Assembly (NCBI GenBank): GCA_951406725.2
Contig: OX597818.1
Span: 97,464,001 to 97,528,000, forward strand
Length of the DNA: 64,000 nt
Source: Octopus vulgaris
Taxonomy: Eukaryota
Direction: 5' to 3'
Made by a program: the position numbers and the translations under genes. Under the pieces are notes generated by a model. That model made no database searches. It was not told the DNA's origin and saw only the letters and a list, made by a program, of their open reading frames with translations. Below are positions 1 through 14,309 of the stretch, piece after piece. Within the stretch, counting starts at the first letter, position 1. Every line of letters begins with the position of its first letter.

Positions 1-56
1 TAATGCATAAGCTTTTCATTTGAAAGAGTAATCTGAATGTTAAAGGGTTAATATAA

Positions 57-306
57 ATGTTCCTTCTCGAGCCATGCCAGGCTCATAAGGGCCGGTTCCT
101 CGGTTTCAGTGGCGTAGAAATTCCCCACCTGGACGGGACGCCGGTCCGTCGCAGGATTACTCATTTTTGCCAGCTGAGTGGACTGGAGCAGCGTGAAAAT
201 GAAGTGTTTTGCTCAAGAACACAACGCATCGCCCGGTCCAGGAATCGAAACCACAACCTTACGATCACGAGTTCAACACCCTAACCACTAAGCCACGCGC
301 CTCCAC
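57..306 (-). mobile_element. tRNA-derived SINE (family with CCTGCGACGGACCGGCGTCCCGTCCAGG body, V-domain-like)
   Basis: Minus strand starts GGAGGCGCGTGGCTTAGTGGTTAG (A box) ... GGTTTCGATTCC (B box). The body and tail are shared with 11932-12190. Confidence 0.75.
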
Positions 307-1242
307 AAAGAGTTAATGTAGAGTAATGAAATTATTTCAGTAATTTAAGAGAAAAATCATTAATTTTCTGGTCTAACAAAAATAGCAGAGCTAGAATAGT
401 AACTAAGGCGCTCAGAACATTTATATTATACTCTGAGTTACCTGAAAGGTTGAACACAATACTATAAATTGTACAGAGAAGTTATTCACAGATAACTTAA
501 TTGGGTGCATGACTTGAGTATTTTATTTCAAGAGAGGAAGGCCACATTTACAAATTTAGAGGAAACGTATGATATTACGTACAATAAAGTCACAAGAAGT
601 GTAGGTAAAATTTAAATAATTAAACTACAATTCAAGGTCATGTTACGGATTCATTTCACTGGGAGTCTTTTCTTTCACTAAAAGTATTAACTTCGCATTC
701 TCCTTCTGTAGTCCTCAAGAAACGAACAACAAATCGATACTGGGCTATAGATTCGGCGCACTAGGAGAAATCAACAGTTGAAGTATCAACTTCTCCAGAT
801 TATCCTTCAGTCTAGAAGTGTTGGTAGAGCTTTAGACACGACCCGCTCTCAATATAAGAAAGAAAATCAACGAAGAGAGCTCTTCATATACACATTATCG
901 AGAAATACGATCGCCCTCTCTCTCTCTCTTTTCAGATGTCTAAACAGGAATCTAATATAGATCGGTCAAAATATTTAAGGCATCCCGAGAATTTTCTTGT
1001 TAAATAGTAGCTACCTGTTTTCATTATATCGAGAAAATGCTCACCTGCTTTTATAGTTACGTATCTACTTTCTTCCTGGTTATACTTGTAAAGGCAGATA
1101 CAATGAAATCTGGAAGTGGTTTGTTTAAGCCCTTACAACAGATATTATCGAGTAGCGAGTTCAAATGGAAACTTAACAGAGTTACGAAATAAGGCAACAT
1201 GTCTATACAAACAATAAATGTAGGCTAAATACTAAAAGACTT

Positions 1243-1470
1243 CATTTTATTCTTTTATAGATTTCAGCTTAAAGCTGCGGCCATGCGGGGGCGCCACCGT
1301 GTTACTACACTGTTATTATTGAGAGCCTCCTCTGATACGTGGCATTTGGTGACTAAGAGTTTGATGTCGCTGCTCCCATTTGCGCCTCCTGCCACGAGGT
1401 AGATTAATCTGGGTATCTCGACAAGAAGAGATCCAGTTTTGCTTTGAAAACACCTACATCCACTTTGTGT
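1243..1470 (-). mobile_element. 3' end of a CR1/L2-group LINE (ORF2 C-terminus plus 3' UTR)
   Basis: Minus-strand translation HKVDVGVFKAKLDLFLSRYPD*...AATSNS resembles the FKxxLDxFL...PD...SNS tail of CR1-group ORF2. It ends in GCATGGCCGCAGC...CTGAAA. Confidence 0.6.
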
Positions 1471-1619
1471 GTAGGTCCCTCATGAAATTGAAGACAGAGT
1501 AACGGAGAGCAGAACTTACTGCATGGCGTGACGGGAAACTCATTTCGGTCGAGGCTGTTGAAGATTATATACATAGACACACGATATTTGTATATATAAA
1601 CACAAGCACGCGTGATTGG

Positions 1620-1665
<46 letters not shown>

Positions 1666-1709
1666 CTATCTTTTTTCATTTTCTATCCAATTAAAAAAAA
1701 ATCTCAACC

Positions 1710-1745
1710 CTTTCTGTCGAAGAGCGTAGGCTCGAACCCTCAAAG
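1710..1745 (+). ncRNA. Degraded minimal hammerhead ribozyme, family A
   Basis: cttt CTGTCGA A GAGC gtag GCTC GAAC cctc aaag; GAAA is mutated to GAAC. It is followed by a diverged PLE 3' tail and (CA)n. Confidence 0.55.
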
Positions 1746-2191
1746 ATGTTTCCATCAAACTAACACACCTCTTTATCGTTTCCTCAGTCTTCAGCTTTTG
1801 TTTTCTGTAAATTTCAACTCACACACACACACACACACACACACACTCGCATATTTCTGTAAATACGTAAATACAAATGTATTGTTTTTTTATTCAGGAC
1901 AAAGGCAGTACCCACGATCGTTTACGAGACCTCTGAGTCTAATCTGAAGTAGGAAGGTATCCTGAAAGTGGAGACCTGACGAAGATCTCTGCAACAGGAC
2001 AGACTTCGCTAAAGGCACCCTAGATAACAGATGGGAGAATTTAACTAGGTTTACCGTCCATGTGTATCTACTATAATAAGGTTTGCGATTGCTTACATGC
2101 GTACACAAATATAATCCACGTATAGTGAATATACTTATAAAGATATAAACAAATTTTGTAGTCAAAATATTTTTATATATTGTTCCATAAT

Positions 2192-2440
2192 GCAGCGATC
2201 TCCAATCTTATTTTTTGCATAACAGACCGGTTTGATGCAAAACAATTTTTCCACAGACCGAGGGGATCAGACGCATAACAATACTCAATGAAGTGCATAG
2301 TATATAATTCAATTATTACTTATATAATACTTATATAATGCAGAAACACCTAGCAGACTGCGATGATCAATAAAATAGAAACGAAATTTAGAAATTTGTT
2401 TTTGTGTGCCCTGTACCAAATGATGTGCGGCCCGGTGGAG
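2192..2440 (+). mobile_element. hAT/Charlie (MER1-like) non-autonomous fragment
   Basis: CAGCGATCTCCAATC...GACCGGTTT...ACAATTTTTCCACAGAC resembles the MER1/Charlie terminus and is complementary to the end at 53890-53950. Confidence 0.5.
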
Positions 2441-4782
2441 TATAATGATAAAAGAGCTTTGTTGACAATTTATTAATATCTACTGTCTAATCTGAGTATT
2501 TATTTATAGCACGTGCCACGTGTGTGTGTGTGTGTGTGTGTATTCTCTCAAAGACGATAGCACAAAGAAACTGATGTTATTCGAAGATTTATTTCACTTG
2601 GCTTAGCAATATATTCAACCTTATTTAACAGAAAAAGCGAAAGTGATGGTATCACTTTATGCAATTGGCTTATGAAACCTAGTTTTTATTTTTAAAACCT
2701 CACTAGATATGATACAACAAAAATAAACAAGGTCATTTGGAATCGCATATAGAACTGAAAAGTTTTATGAGCTAACATATTTTCAAAGAAGAATGAATTC
2801 TTTGTGTAGACGCTTCAGTTGAAAGACCAGAAAACGATAGAGTGTGTGTATGTGTGTTTTGGTAGGCACCTTGTTTATAGATGTACATAGTAACAATGGG
2901 AACCGTTGTATAAAGCAATTCTGGTGATTTTTCGCTTTTTTTAGATGTATTTTATTTGCAGTCAATGGAATTAAATAGCCTGGAATTGGGCAAACAATTG
3001 ACATGGCCGTTTCTGTCTTGTTATATTTATATTTATCTGCAGATGTAGCGAGTTGATTCTTTTTTGTAGGTTTGCGGGGAAAAATAGCTTCACTGTTAAA
3101 ATTAATGTACTATGGTTGAGTGTGGTGCGTGTGCGTGTGGTGAGTGTGTGTTGTACGCGTGTTGTATGTCTGCGTGTGCGTTGTATGTGTGCGCGTGTCT
3201 TGTATGTGTGCATGCGTGTGTTGTATGTGTGGTGTGTATACACTCACATAGAGGCTAGTAGAGAGGGGGTATAATGAGAGGGAGTGAAGAGTGGATCAAA
3301 ACCGTGGGAAGGGTGGTGTGGATGATGAAGGAAAGGAAAGAGGATGAGATAGATAGATAGATAGACAGGGTGACAGTGTTATTAACAGATGTGTGTGTGG
3401 AATAAAGAGCAGACATTTTCTAATGCGACCTCTATTGTTTACAGTTGGTCGTTTAGAGACCGCTTTTGTTAATCCTCAGAGTAGCTTATTTCCTGATTAT
3501 TTCGACTCGCGGTTGAAATGGAAGCAAGTCTGAGAGTAGGGGATGGAAATAGTACAATAACAGTTTGTATACTCACTAGTTTATTCTATAATTAACAACG
3601 AAATCATCGCAAAAAGAACACAGTAAAGTAGGATGGCTGGAAGAAAGCACATAGGTAGAAAGTTTAGCAAGCTGGATTGAATGCCTGGTAGATTTTGTTC
3701 CGATTCTCTGCGAAATCAAATTCTAATGAGATCAACTTTACTTTTCTTTCTTTCGGGGTCGATAAAAAAAAAAAAGCTACATTGGGTACACAGGGTGGTG
3801 GATTGAGGCACGTGAATAGGTTGTTAGACAGCAAGTTTTGCGGTATTTATTCTAGCTATTCGCAGTTTGATAGCAATGCGTGCGACGACAATGATGCCAT
3901 GCTGTAGCAAGCCCAAAAGAGGCGACCCTTGCCTTAGACAGCATTGGCTTTATAGATTAAACATGCAATTTACAGAAAGTGAAAGTAAATAATATTAGAT
4001 GAAAGTAAATTGCGATAAAAACCGGAAAAGACGACAGTGACAGACCAAAATTTCATGAAAAGAACGAAAAATGTCCTTATAATGCCACGCTCACAGACAG
4101 CTAAATGTATAGAAAATTGTCAGGTTGCTCGCTTAGCCAGCGGAGTGGCGTCATTTGAAGGCTCAAACAATGCGAAGCGTATTGTGACCAGCGATGTGTA
4201 GCAACATACGATATATAAGAGAGAGTGAGAAAGAGACGCAGGTGTGGGTGTGTTGTAAGAAGTTTGCTTTCCAACCACATGGCACCTTGGACAAGTGTCT
4301 TCCGCTATCGCCTCGGCCCGACAAAAGCAATAATAAACGCTAAATTCAAATTCATTAGAAACTGAATGAGAAGATACGAAGAAAGAGTGATCTTTGATAT
4401 GGAGGATGACAACTCTGCACATCTTTCAGTCTTATTGTATCTCCTCAGCAAAGCAGAGTCTTCCATGTGGTTCCTGAACAAACAGTTACTGAAAGAACAA
4501 TTACTACACTGATTCTAGACGACACGAAATCAAATTAAACGAATAAGATTATTTTCGTATGGCGATGTTTTGATTAAATCATTATACGAAACCTTCTGGT
4601 AGAATGTGTAAACAGTAAAACTTATTTTGTTTTTAAACCTGATGCTTCAATAGTTCCTTTACGTTATAGATTACTATCTGTTAACAAACTTAGCTAAAAG
4701 ACTAAAGATGCATTTATTTGAAACTAAAGAAAACAGCGAGATAGTACAAAATCTCATTGTGCTAATGGCTACTTATGTAGCT

Positions 4783-4940
4783 TTTTTTTTCTCTCCTTGT
4801 TTTTTCCGTGTCCCTTTCTGTAGAAGAGCGTAGGCTCGAAACGTAAAAGACTTTTTTCTATTCCTGAGCGTTATACTAATACATCTGTTTGTTTTGTACA
4901 CCACCTGTCTTCGTCTTTTGTTTTTTTCATAAACTCTCCC
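4783..4940 (+). mobile_element. 3' terminus of the Neptune-like PLE family, containing hammerhead A (4814-4849)
   Basis: Homologous to the reverse complement of 23220-23400; cttt CTGTAGA A GAGC gtag GCTC GAAA CG TA aaag. Confidence 0.8.
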
Positions 4941-5559
4941 TACTTATGTAGAACACTGTTTTAAACGGGTAGCTAGAAAAGGCAGAAGAGAAAGAAGAGT
5001 GAGTGAGCATATGCGCCGGTATTACTTGCTGGACTGTGTAAGAATCGAAAGCAGCGTTTATGACCGGTGTTTGAGTAAGCGACCTTGCAGGCTTTAGCGC
5101 GCAATGTTCATCATATCGTCTTATACCCAGCATCCCTATTCTCCTTTGTCTCATTGATTCTTCATTTCTCGAGTTCAACCAACAGGTTCTAGGTAATCAT
5201 GGCAACCAGAATATCCCCCACCCAACTACAAAAAAGCCCCCAGTTTTTTTTTATCAGTTCTTCACCCAGCTCATCAAAGTCACTCCCCATCTACATTTAT
5301 TCTTCAGTTCTTGCCACCCTTTTCTATATTTCACGACAATCAAAACCACCAGCACGGCTAACTTTCAAAACATCTCCGTCTTTCTTAACTATCCCAATGT
5401 GTCCAATTGTGTTATACAAACTCACCAATACCTACCTCTAACTCAATTTCAATTGACCTCATTCATTCATCATCTGCTATCTCCTATTCTAAATTTCTTT
5501 ATCTACGACACCTAATAGCCATGACCCCAAATTCAATATCCAGTCGCACCAAACAATTC

Positions 5560-6050
5560 GCCAATTCTCACAACGTGGTTATCTCCAGCAAGCCGTTGAT
5601 GCCGCCCTTTTTGTTGATAGTGCTTCCACTTTCATATCTCGTGTCCACCCTGCCATCAGCCGCTTTCCCCTACTTCTCTTTCACACAGCTGCCCACCGCC
5701 TTAACTTCATAACACACCATCCTACAGTACTACTTTTCTCTAATCTGACTGTTCCTTCCCACATCTTCCTTGAATAAGCCACTTGCTTCCTTCAGTCGCG
5801 ACCGTAATCTCCGTAACTTTCTAGTACAACGTAACTTGAATCCTTTCCCAGACGCCGCTGCAATAACAATCATTTCATCCCAAATATCATCATCTTATTA
5901 TATGGATCTAATTCCTCCTATGTCTCCGATCATTTTATCTGTATCACTAAAAATATTTACTGCATTAAATGCTGACTTCGTGGCTTGTATTTTGGACAAG
6001 CGGGTCAGAGATTGGCAGAGAGTTTTAGAGAGCACCTTTTAACATGTAAC
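5560..6050 (+). pseudogene. Highly degraded Penelope-like ORF C-terminal relic
   Basis: Fragments PLASFSRDRNLRNFLV and YFGQAGQRLAESFREHL match PLPSFKRAHNLRDLLV and YIGQTGRRLADRFAEHL of the intact element. Multiple frameshifts. Confidence 0.7.
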
Positions 6051-6230
6051 ATCGAATCACTTCGACTCGATGCTATACAAAAAAATGACATCTGCCCAAT
6101 GTGTCACGCAGAGGAATCGAAACCGGGAATTTGCGATCGCGAAGTGAACTTCTTACATAATTTAACACCAGTTTGACTCAAATCCATACCACTGAGAACA
6201 TAGAATGAACCCCTCACTATCCACTCACTC

Positions 6231-6261
<31 letters not shown>

Positions 6262-6682
6262 CAGACACACACAAGCGATGAGGAGATGCATAAATTGTAT
6301 AAAGAAAAATAAAAAGAGCATATACCGAAAAATAGCGAGCCATTTTCTTCATGTCTTTGAGCGCTTATGAAATTAAAATGACGTTGAGAGACCGGTTTGC
6401 GAATAAGTTCAAATCTGATGCTTATTTGTGTTGTATCTATCATTTCCTACCATGGCTAACCTATATTTTGCTTCACCTTTACCCTCTTAATACTACTCAC
6501 TTATTGTATGGACTTCACAGCTACTCACTATTCTTACAATGAAAAATTAAGCTACATGCTAGACACGAACCCCCACAGTAAACAGATCTAGACGTATTTC
6601 AGTCCTAATAATTATAATCGTAAATAAATTTGTATTTTCCTGTATATCTATAAACTTTCATATTTATTTGGGAGAAGTTACA

Positions 6683-6890
6683 TACGAGAGGGTGCTGAAA
6701 AGTTCTTGGCTTTAAGGGTGTCGCGAAAGGCCTGGCTAGAGGGCCAACCTTCCCAATTCTTTTACAGGGCTGGAGGACCGCTGCGATAAGTGTGTGAATC
6801 TGAGAGGGGGATATGTTGAATAAAATAATTAACTGATCCTCCTGTATTTTCTTTTACTTAAAGCCAGGACGTTCTCAGCACTGCTGCGTA
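6683..6890 (+). mobile_element. Mariner-derived MITE
   Basis: Imperfect TIRs TACGAGAGGGTGCTGAAAAGTTCTTGGCTTTAAG / CTTAAAGCCAGGACGTTCTCAGCAC...CGTA with TA ends. The interior encodes DRCDKCVNLRGGYVE*, like a mariner transposase C-terminus. Confidence 0.8.
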
Positions 6891-9800
6891 TAATATTTAA
6901 CAAGTTTAATTCAGCTGTTTGCCTGATGAGAGATTCGTTCTACGAGCCCACGGATCTAAGTTGCAGAGAACTGAGTCAAAGTGTTACTAAATTATATATA
7001 CACAGAGTTTAGCTTAGTGCTTAACTAATTTTACTGATTTTTTTCTTTCATAAAAGAACTCCCTATGGTAAATATTATGTGTTTCAGATGAACAGGCAAA
7101 AAATGTATGCATATATTAAACATACGATGTTAGTTGAACGAGCTAATGTGTATTTCCTAACCAAAGAGAGGCACTTGTATGCTTGACTTTGTTAAAATGA
7201 TAGCCGAGTCCAACCCCAAATTACATATATCCTGCTTTTTAAATAAAGGAAATCTGTAATCGTTAATATAATTCCATATACACTATGAAGCGACAAGATG
7301 GTCATAGTTTGGACGCCTTGAATAATAGACCTGCGCGTTCAAATCTGACTGGGTGCTAAATAAGAACAATGGAATGAGGATGAGTGAATAAATGGCAGTA
7401 GAAATGGTTATACAAATGAAGCGAACTGGCTTAAACAATTGCTTAGTTTGTACATATTGCTATTAATGTCAAAAAGGATTTACATTTAATAAAAATATGT
7501 AAACAATGATATAAAACACAATACAAAAATTTCCTGACCTCGTTTCACCTTACTGCGGTGGCATTAAAAAAAATAAACAAAATCTAGCCAGAAATGTGTT
7601 AAACGAAAACATTTTATAACTAAAATTCTCACTTTTCAAATTAAATTTTCATCCTTTGATACCAACCCGTCTTAGACAATTTCTGGTTCTATGATACAGC
7701 CCCACTGTGTAACCGCTTACCATATTATCCCGTATATTTTCGTTCAGAGTTGTCTAGTATTTGAACGAAAATATACGTTCACTGTACTCTGAGGTATTGT
7801 CGCTTATATCTCACCTGAAATACTTCATGATGCTATTCCCGTTTTCTATCAGTTATTATCGTTTCTATCGGTAATAAATCGTAACTGGTCCAAAAATAAT
7901 TTGTGCTTATTCTTCCTTATGTACAGATTCAAAATAAATAAATAAAATACTTTTTGCATACGAATTGAAAGAAAAAAATGTCTATGTTAAGAGGTTAAAA
8001 GTGATGGCGATTAAAATTTCATATTAATTTGTGTCTCAAACACTAACTTAATAATTATAAGGTCGGATGTTTCAGGGGATCCCACTACTTGACTGGTACT
8101 TTATTCTATCCACCCTGCAACTCTGACCTCAACGGAATTTGAACTCAGAACGTAAAAATCGGAACACTAGCTTAATAACGATGGTTATTCTGCTAAATTC
8201 TTCATTCTTTTGAAAATTAATTAAAATAAAGGCAATTTGCTTCTACAGAAATATGGTAATAAAAAAAGTTGTTCTTAAGATAGAAAAAGAACCCCAGCCA
8301 AAACAAAACATGACAACTTCCTCTGCTAAGTATAGGAAAATTCGAACGAAAGGGAACGATATCGTTTTTTGAGAACATTTTCATTCAGCGAAAGAAAAAA
8401 CAGGTTGTTAATACTCCTATTTTTACAGACCGCCGACAACTAAAGCAAAAGAGTTATGAACTTCGTTTGGTTTGTACGAAATATTTGTGAAACGCTGGAG
8501 ACGAAAAACAGAATATGAACGGCACAACGAGAAAATAACAAACGTCATAAGAACATTTAACGACAACGGTTTTTTGATTGAAATATTTATCATGGACCAA
8601 AATGAGTTAGTTTTAAAATAAAACATTCAAAAGTATAATAAAACAAAATACTAACAAATATATATGAATACATCCTTCGCAAAGAGAAAAAAAGAAAGAA
8701 AAAAAAGGGAAGTGGAGATGAAATTTACATGATTACAAAGAGGATAAAGAAGATGAGTTCGCTGCTAAAACAGAGCAAAAAATATTAAATCTAGAAAATA
8801 ATACATTTCAAGAACTAGGAACCTAATTCTTTTTAAATTGGTCAACACATTAATGTAAGAAATCTGTTGTTTTTACCTGACTAGTTTAGTATTCCTAGAA
8901 TTTCAGATTAAAATTAATGTCGTACACCGGAGTTGATAAGAACAAGCATAATTCCTTTTTAATTTCTCTGATGAAACTTCGAAAATTTCAGATGAAAATC
9001 TTAAGGATTCTTCTACACATTGTTAAATATAAGAGAAATAAAGAGCAGGTAACTCAGTAAAACTTGTTTTGCTGACCAAATTTCTGGTCCAAGATTATAT
9101 CCGAATTTTAGTTTTACTAACTGTAATATTTTTCGAAAGAGGTAAGAGTGATTAACTTAACAAGAGTGATTAGCAAATAACATTAACATGTTATTTGTTC
9201 AAATCGTACATCTGGTCTTTTATTTTACGAGCTCTATAAAAAAAAAAAATCTCATTTCACAGCTATCTCATTCTACATCTAATTATTATTTAATATTAAA
9301 TGCGAGGCAAAAATTCAACCTTCGAAGTAACATTTTAACAATTTTTGCCTTTAGAAGCAACAAAAATTCGAAACTTCTTAAAAATCCCCTCCAAAGGTCT
9401 TAACTTTGTTGCTTTTAGCATGGCTATGTGGTTAAGAACTTCGCTTTGCAATCATCTGATTCTGAGATCAGTTCTGCCGCAAAGCATCTTGAAGAAATGT
9501 ATTCGAGTGTTGCCTTGGGTCAACCCGAATCGTATCAGTAAAACTGAATAGACTGAAATTATAAGGTCATCTACATGTACCTATTCTGGCATGGTGTACC
9601 TAATCGAGCACCTCACCTCCGTTTAACATCACTACCTGATCCGTTGGAGATCTTTTGCAGTATCCAGTCTATTGCAAGCAGATCTCTGCTCTAAGGACAA
9701 CTCTTTATCGTGATCCGCTGATTATTACTGCAGCAGCCCTCATTACTTGCTGTAGTATAAAACAACATCGTAGCTTACTTTGAAAATCTATACCTTTAAA

Positions 9801-10902
9801 CACAATTCATCAGTAATTTAGGAAATCCAAAAGATGCTCAAATATATTCATCTGTTCTATTATATGGTATTCAGATTACATGGTTCCACTGCAATTTCAA
9901 GCGAATAAATAATCTTGTTAATAGGAACCAAATCAATTACACCCATTCTAGGGATTCTAAAAGAACTTTCGAAATTTTTTATTGCTTCCTGTGTGAAATA
10001 GATAACCATGCTAAAAGCAATCACATCAATTACACCCATCGTAGGAATTCTAAAAGAGCTTTTTCTCAGTTTTCATTTAAACTTCATAAAGATATAGTTG
10101 TTAATGTTGCCAGAAAGTATTAAATATTTTTCGAAATAAAATTTAAATATAGAATGTGAAAGTCGTTAAACTGCAATTATTTTATCAATTTCATTAAATA
10201 AAAAACTAATAATCGATCTTCGATTACGCTTTGGAAAGTCGATTTGTCTTTTCAATATCCACTCAATCCCGCTATTGTCTCAATGGTTCGAAATTGTTAT
10301 TTGCTGATTCCACCCGAGAATTACGCTAAGGGTACGAGTACATGTGGAATAATACCTAGACATTAATGCTATTAAGCTGATGTTGTTTTATTTCTGTTCA
10401 GCATACAAGTCATCAAAGAATCTTGATCTGCTCAAAATAGCAACCGAATCCTCTTTAACAAACTGACGCTGTCATCTTAAAAGCTATAACTCAAGGTTTT
10501 AAATAACAGATCTTAGAACATGTTCCACAATAAACATAGAGATTGCAAAATTAAGGAATGTCAGCTGGATTCAGCTCGGCACATTTTTGTTATTGTAAAT
10601 AAAACGATTCGAATCTTCCCACCAATCACTGTAATATTCCTGTTTATACGAAAGTAAAAAATAGAATATCCACATAATGCTTAATTATTAAAGAAACGTG
10701 TCGCATAATATTTCATTCAAAGCATAAGCATATACAAGTACAACATTGATTTTCCGGAATATTTGGTTCCGATACCTTTCCAGATCACAGATTTTTCCGA
10801 ACCAGGAGTAGTCAACTTGGTCAAACTGTATATAGAATTCTTCTGAAAATACTATTTTTTATCAGAATAAATATGTTTATTTCCTTTAACATTCTTTAAA
10901 CT

Positions 10903-10932
10903 TCCGAGCACCACCGGGTGTTTAGGCTAGTC
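10903..10932 (+). mobile_element. Helitron-like 3' terminus (hairpin + CTAG)
   Basis: CCGAGCACCACCGGG...GGCTAGT, similar to the termini at 28413 and 57131. Confidence 0.45.
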
Positions 10933-11931
10933 TATAATAAAGAAGTTCTATTTTCATTGACGTGTAACTACCCACCCACCTGGTCTATGAAGAAAACAAG
11001 AGTGCTGTTTCCTCAATAAAAGATGAAATATATTTTTTTTATAATAACTGTAATAAACAGTCAAATATGCATGACTTAATATTTTGGCAACTTGAAATAA
11101 CTGCGCTAAAAACCGATCTCCTCTGGAACGATTTAATTAGGATCGTATTTAACTTCGTTTTTTTTTTTTATAATTCATGAACCGATGTTGTTATTTTCTG
11201 GGTAATTAGTGCGATACAATCAGTTAATTACTTCCACTTTTAGTGAAAAATAGTATCAGTTACAGCTTATCAAAACTGCACCATTTTAATCTCAAATTAA
11301 AATAACTAGATTTCAAATTAAAACAAATGACTCACTCATATTAGCACAACTAAATTTCAAATTAAAACAAATGAATCTCACTCAAATGAAATAATTAAAC
11401 TATTTTGAAATATGAGCTTTAATATAAGACATAAGACTTTTATTTAAAACAAGTGAGTATCAATTTAAAATATATGAAAAACAATTTAAAACAAAGCAAC
11501 TTTTGTTTAAACAAAAGTTAATATACAATGAAATTAAAAATTTTAAGAATGAAATTTATTCATAAATAAATGGAAAGGTGCGAACTTTAGTTCCGAAATT
11601 ACCAGGATAAACTGTAAAGATTTGGCTGCTGTTTCTAATAGTTCGAGCAACCTTATAAAATACCCGCGTTGGTTATACTTGCACTTAAGTATTGCTCCCG
11701 TCCTCTTTTAATCGACCCAATGCTAATAAAAACATGAAGACATGTTGAGAAGTTTGTATACACATGTACCTACGCTACATATACTTTGTGGTTCCATCTT
11801 ACCAACAAGAATTTTTCTTTCTTTCTTTCCTCCCTTCCTTCCTTCCTGTCTGTCTGTCTGTATCCGTAGGCTTAAACTGATTTTGTCATATTTAATTAAA
11901 CATTAGTTATCAATTGGACATGAAATAACGA

Positions 11932-12190
11932 GGGATCGCGGGTTCGAATCTCAGACCGGGCGATGTGTGTGTTTATGAGCGAAACGCTTAAGCTCCCCAC
12001 GCGGCTCCGGCAGAAGGTAATGGCGAACTTCTGCTGACTCTTTCGCCACAACTTTCTTTCACTCTTTCCTCCTGTATCTTCCAGCTCACCTGCGACGGAC
12101 CGGCGTCCCGTCCAGGTGGGGAACCTATACGCCAAGGAAACCGGGAAGCCGGCCCTTATGAGCCAGGCATGGCTCGAGAAAGAACAAACA
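11932..12190 (+). mobile_element. tRNA-derived SINE, 5'-truncated (V-domain-like family)
   Basis: B box GGTTCGAATC; 3' half nearly identical to the reverse complement of 57-150. Confidence 0.75.
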
Positions 12191-13932
12191 ACGAACTCAT
12201 ATCACAATAACAAATTAAGAAAGCATTTTCAACCCGCTTGAAATTACCCCAGAATCTATAATACAAAATCTCTTGTAGAAAATTTTCATAGAATCTGAAA
12301 ATATCATGACACATTTAAAACAAAACATGTTTTAAATTAAACGTAATGTTTAAAATTTCACATAAGTTATTTTGATATGAATTTCATATATTTGAAATTG
12401 ACATTTGTTTTCCATAAAAGTTCATCTGGATTAAATCAAAGTTCATATAATTTAAATCATATAAAAATTGTTTTAATTTGAGATTCATTCGTTATAATTT
12501 GAAAGTGTAGCTACTTCAGTGGGTGCGGTGCCGGGATAAATAAAATAGCGACACCGCTGATTGTTTATTATCTTTACTCGAGTGTTAAGATAGCTTTCCA
12601 GACCATCTTGGAACACAAGTGGGATACTGATTCGGTTGTTAGGACCTTGCCCACAGCAGATATGAGTACTTGATGCATATAAGACATTCTAAAAAAAAAG
12701 GTCTCAAGAAAAGTACCCCGGGTCCTATATATATTTTTTACCTTTGATCGGGTAGTAGGGCAATGTACATAAGGTGTCATTTTATCCTGCATGCTTTTAA
12801 TTAGGGTGCTCCTCAATGAAGGTCCAGAATATACCAGCTACGTATTCAATTCTTCCTTGCAGATTGCACAGTGGATTGCAGCATTTTTTTTTGTTTTTCA
12901 TTAAAATTTGGCAGTTTTAGAAAATGTTAATCCTTGGATGTGTGGATTTTGTTAGGTGGTTTGGTGATGTCTTGGTATTTAGAGGAAAAGCTATTCTCCA
13001 TTGGTACTTTTCAGAATTGTATGGTCTTGGTGTTTTTGTTTCATGCCTTACAGCAGTTACTGCATATCCTGTGGGTCTCATTTCTAACATAGGTCATCTT
13101 AGCTCTGAAGGGCAGCGATGAATTATAATGTACAAATAGACCCCTACATATTGCTTTTTTGTAAGTAGAGATTGATCCACTGCATGCTGCTTTTCTATAA
13201 GCAGAAGTATCCTAGACTGCCTTAACTATTACGTGTTAATGGTCAAAAATTTTTACTTCCTGAATGTAAGCTGCAGGAATTAGGGTGCGTTTAATATGCC
13301 GGTGTGACATTTAAGCCATTAAATACAGCATATTCCTTTAGTAATCTCTAAGTAATCGGTGAGTCAACATCAAAAGGCTCTTATTTCCTAGTGTCAAGGA
13401 AAGGTTTAGCCTGGAGGAGTTCATTCCATTCCAGGCTGCTCGTGATAGTAAATATGAGTGAAGTGAAATGGAAACGCTTATCCTAGAATCGAACCTGCAC
13501 ACAGAAGACAACTACTCAACAGCGCTTGTTCATATACATACATGCATGTGCGTGCGTGCGTGTGTGTGTGCGTGTGTGTGTGGTGGGTCTTCCTTGTTTG
13601 GCGCTGAAGATTCGGTTGTTCGATTAACAGAGATTAACATTCCACAGGCACAGGTACGATTAAACTAATTCTAAGGCAGGATCAGCGTGACAAAATGTTT
13701 GACAAGGCCGAATCTTTAGAATTACAGTTGTAATCTACCCTACAGGCTTCTATACAGTTTCCATCTGCCCAATTTCTCACACGGGGCACGAATCAACCCG
13801 AAGCTTTAGAGAATGACGTTTGCCTTTGGCGTTACTCGGTAGGTATCGGACCCTGGACCTCCAAAGCAAATTTCTAAACTATTTCGACCATGCTGCGTAT
13901 GCATGTATGTAAGAATGTACACGCACACACGC

Positions 13933-13989
<57 letters not shown>

Positions 13990-14309
13990 CACACACGCAG
14001 TGGCAGCCTCAAGTGCCAAACCATGCTTTACGCATTTGTTATCCCCGATGAACATTTTCTGTGCGGAGTGGTTACCGTTTCGCAGTGAGCGGAAACAAGT
14101 GAACAAATATAAAACGGCTTATCCAAGGCAACAATGCTGAACTTGTGCGGTTCTGGGTTGTGAACACAGATCATGGTTCTTCAGTACTACATCTTTTCTA
14201 TTTGACCCTATTTATATATATTTTCCAATGTGTTTTATTCGCTGGCAAAAAGAAAACCCCGCAAAACAATGAATTTATAAAATACTGAGACCCTATATAT
14301 ATATATAAG

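Noticed and set aside
235-306. tRNA genes at SINE heads (also 32575-32645, 31040-31107)
   Set aside because: A and B boxes are present, but there is no full cloverleaf and they continue into SINE bodies.
1943-1975. CTGAAGT AGGA aggta TCCT GAAA hammerhead-like string
   Set aside because: A9 is missing and there is no convincing stem I or stem III; single copy.
8415-8520. Candidate host exons after polypyrimidine-AG (also ~1897)
   Set aside because: Frames close quickly and show no recognisable protein similarity. Small exons cannot be excluded without RNA-seq.
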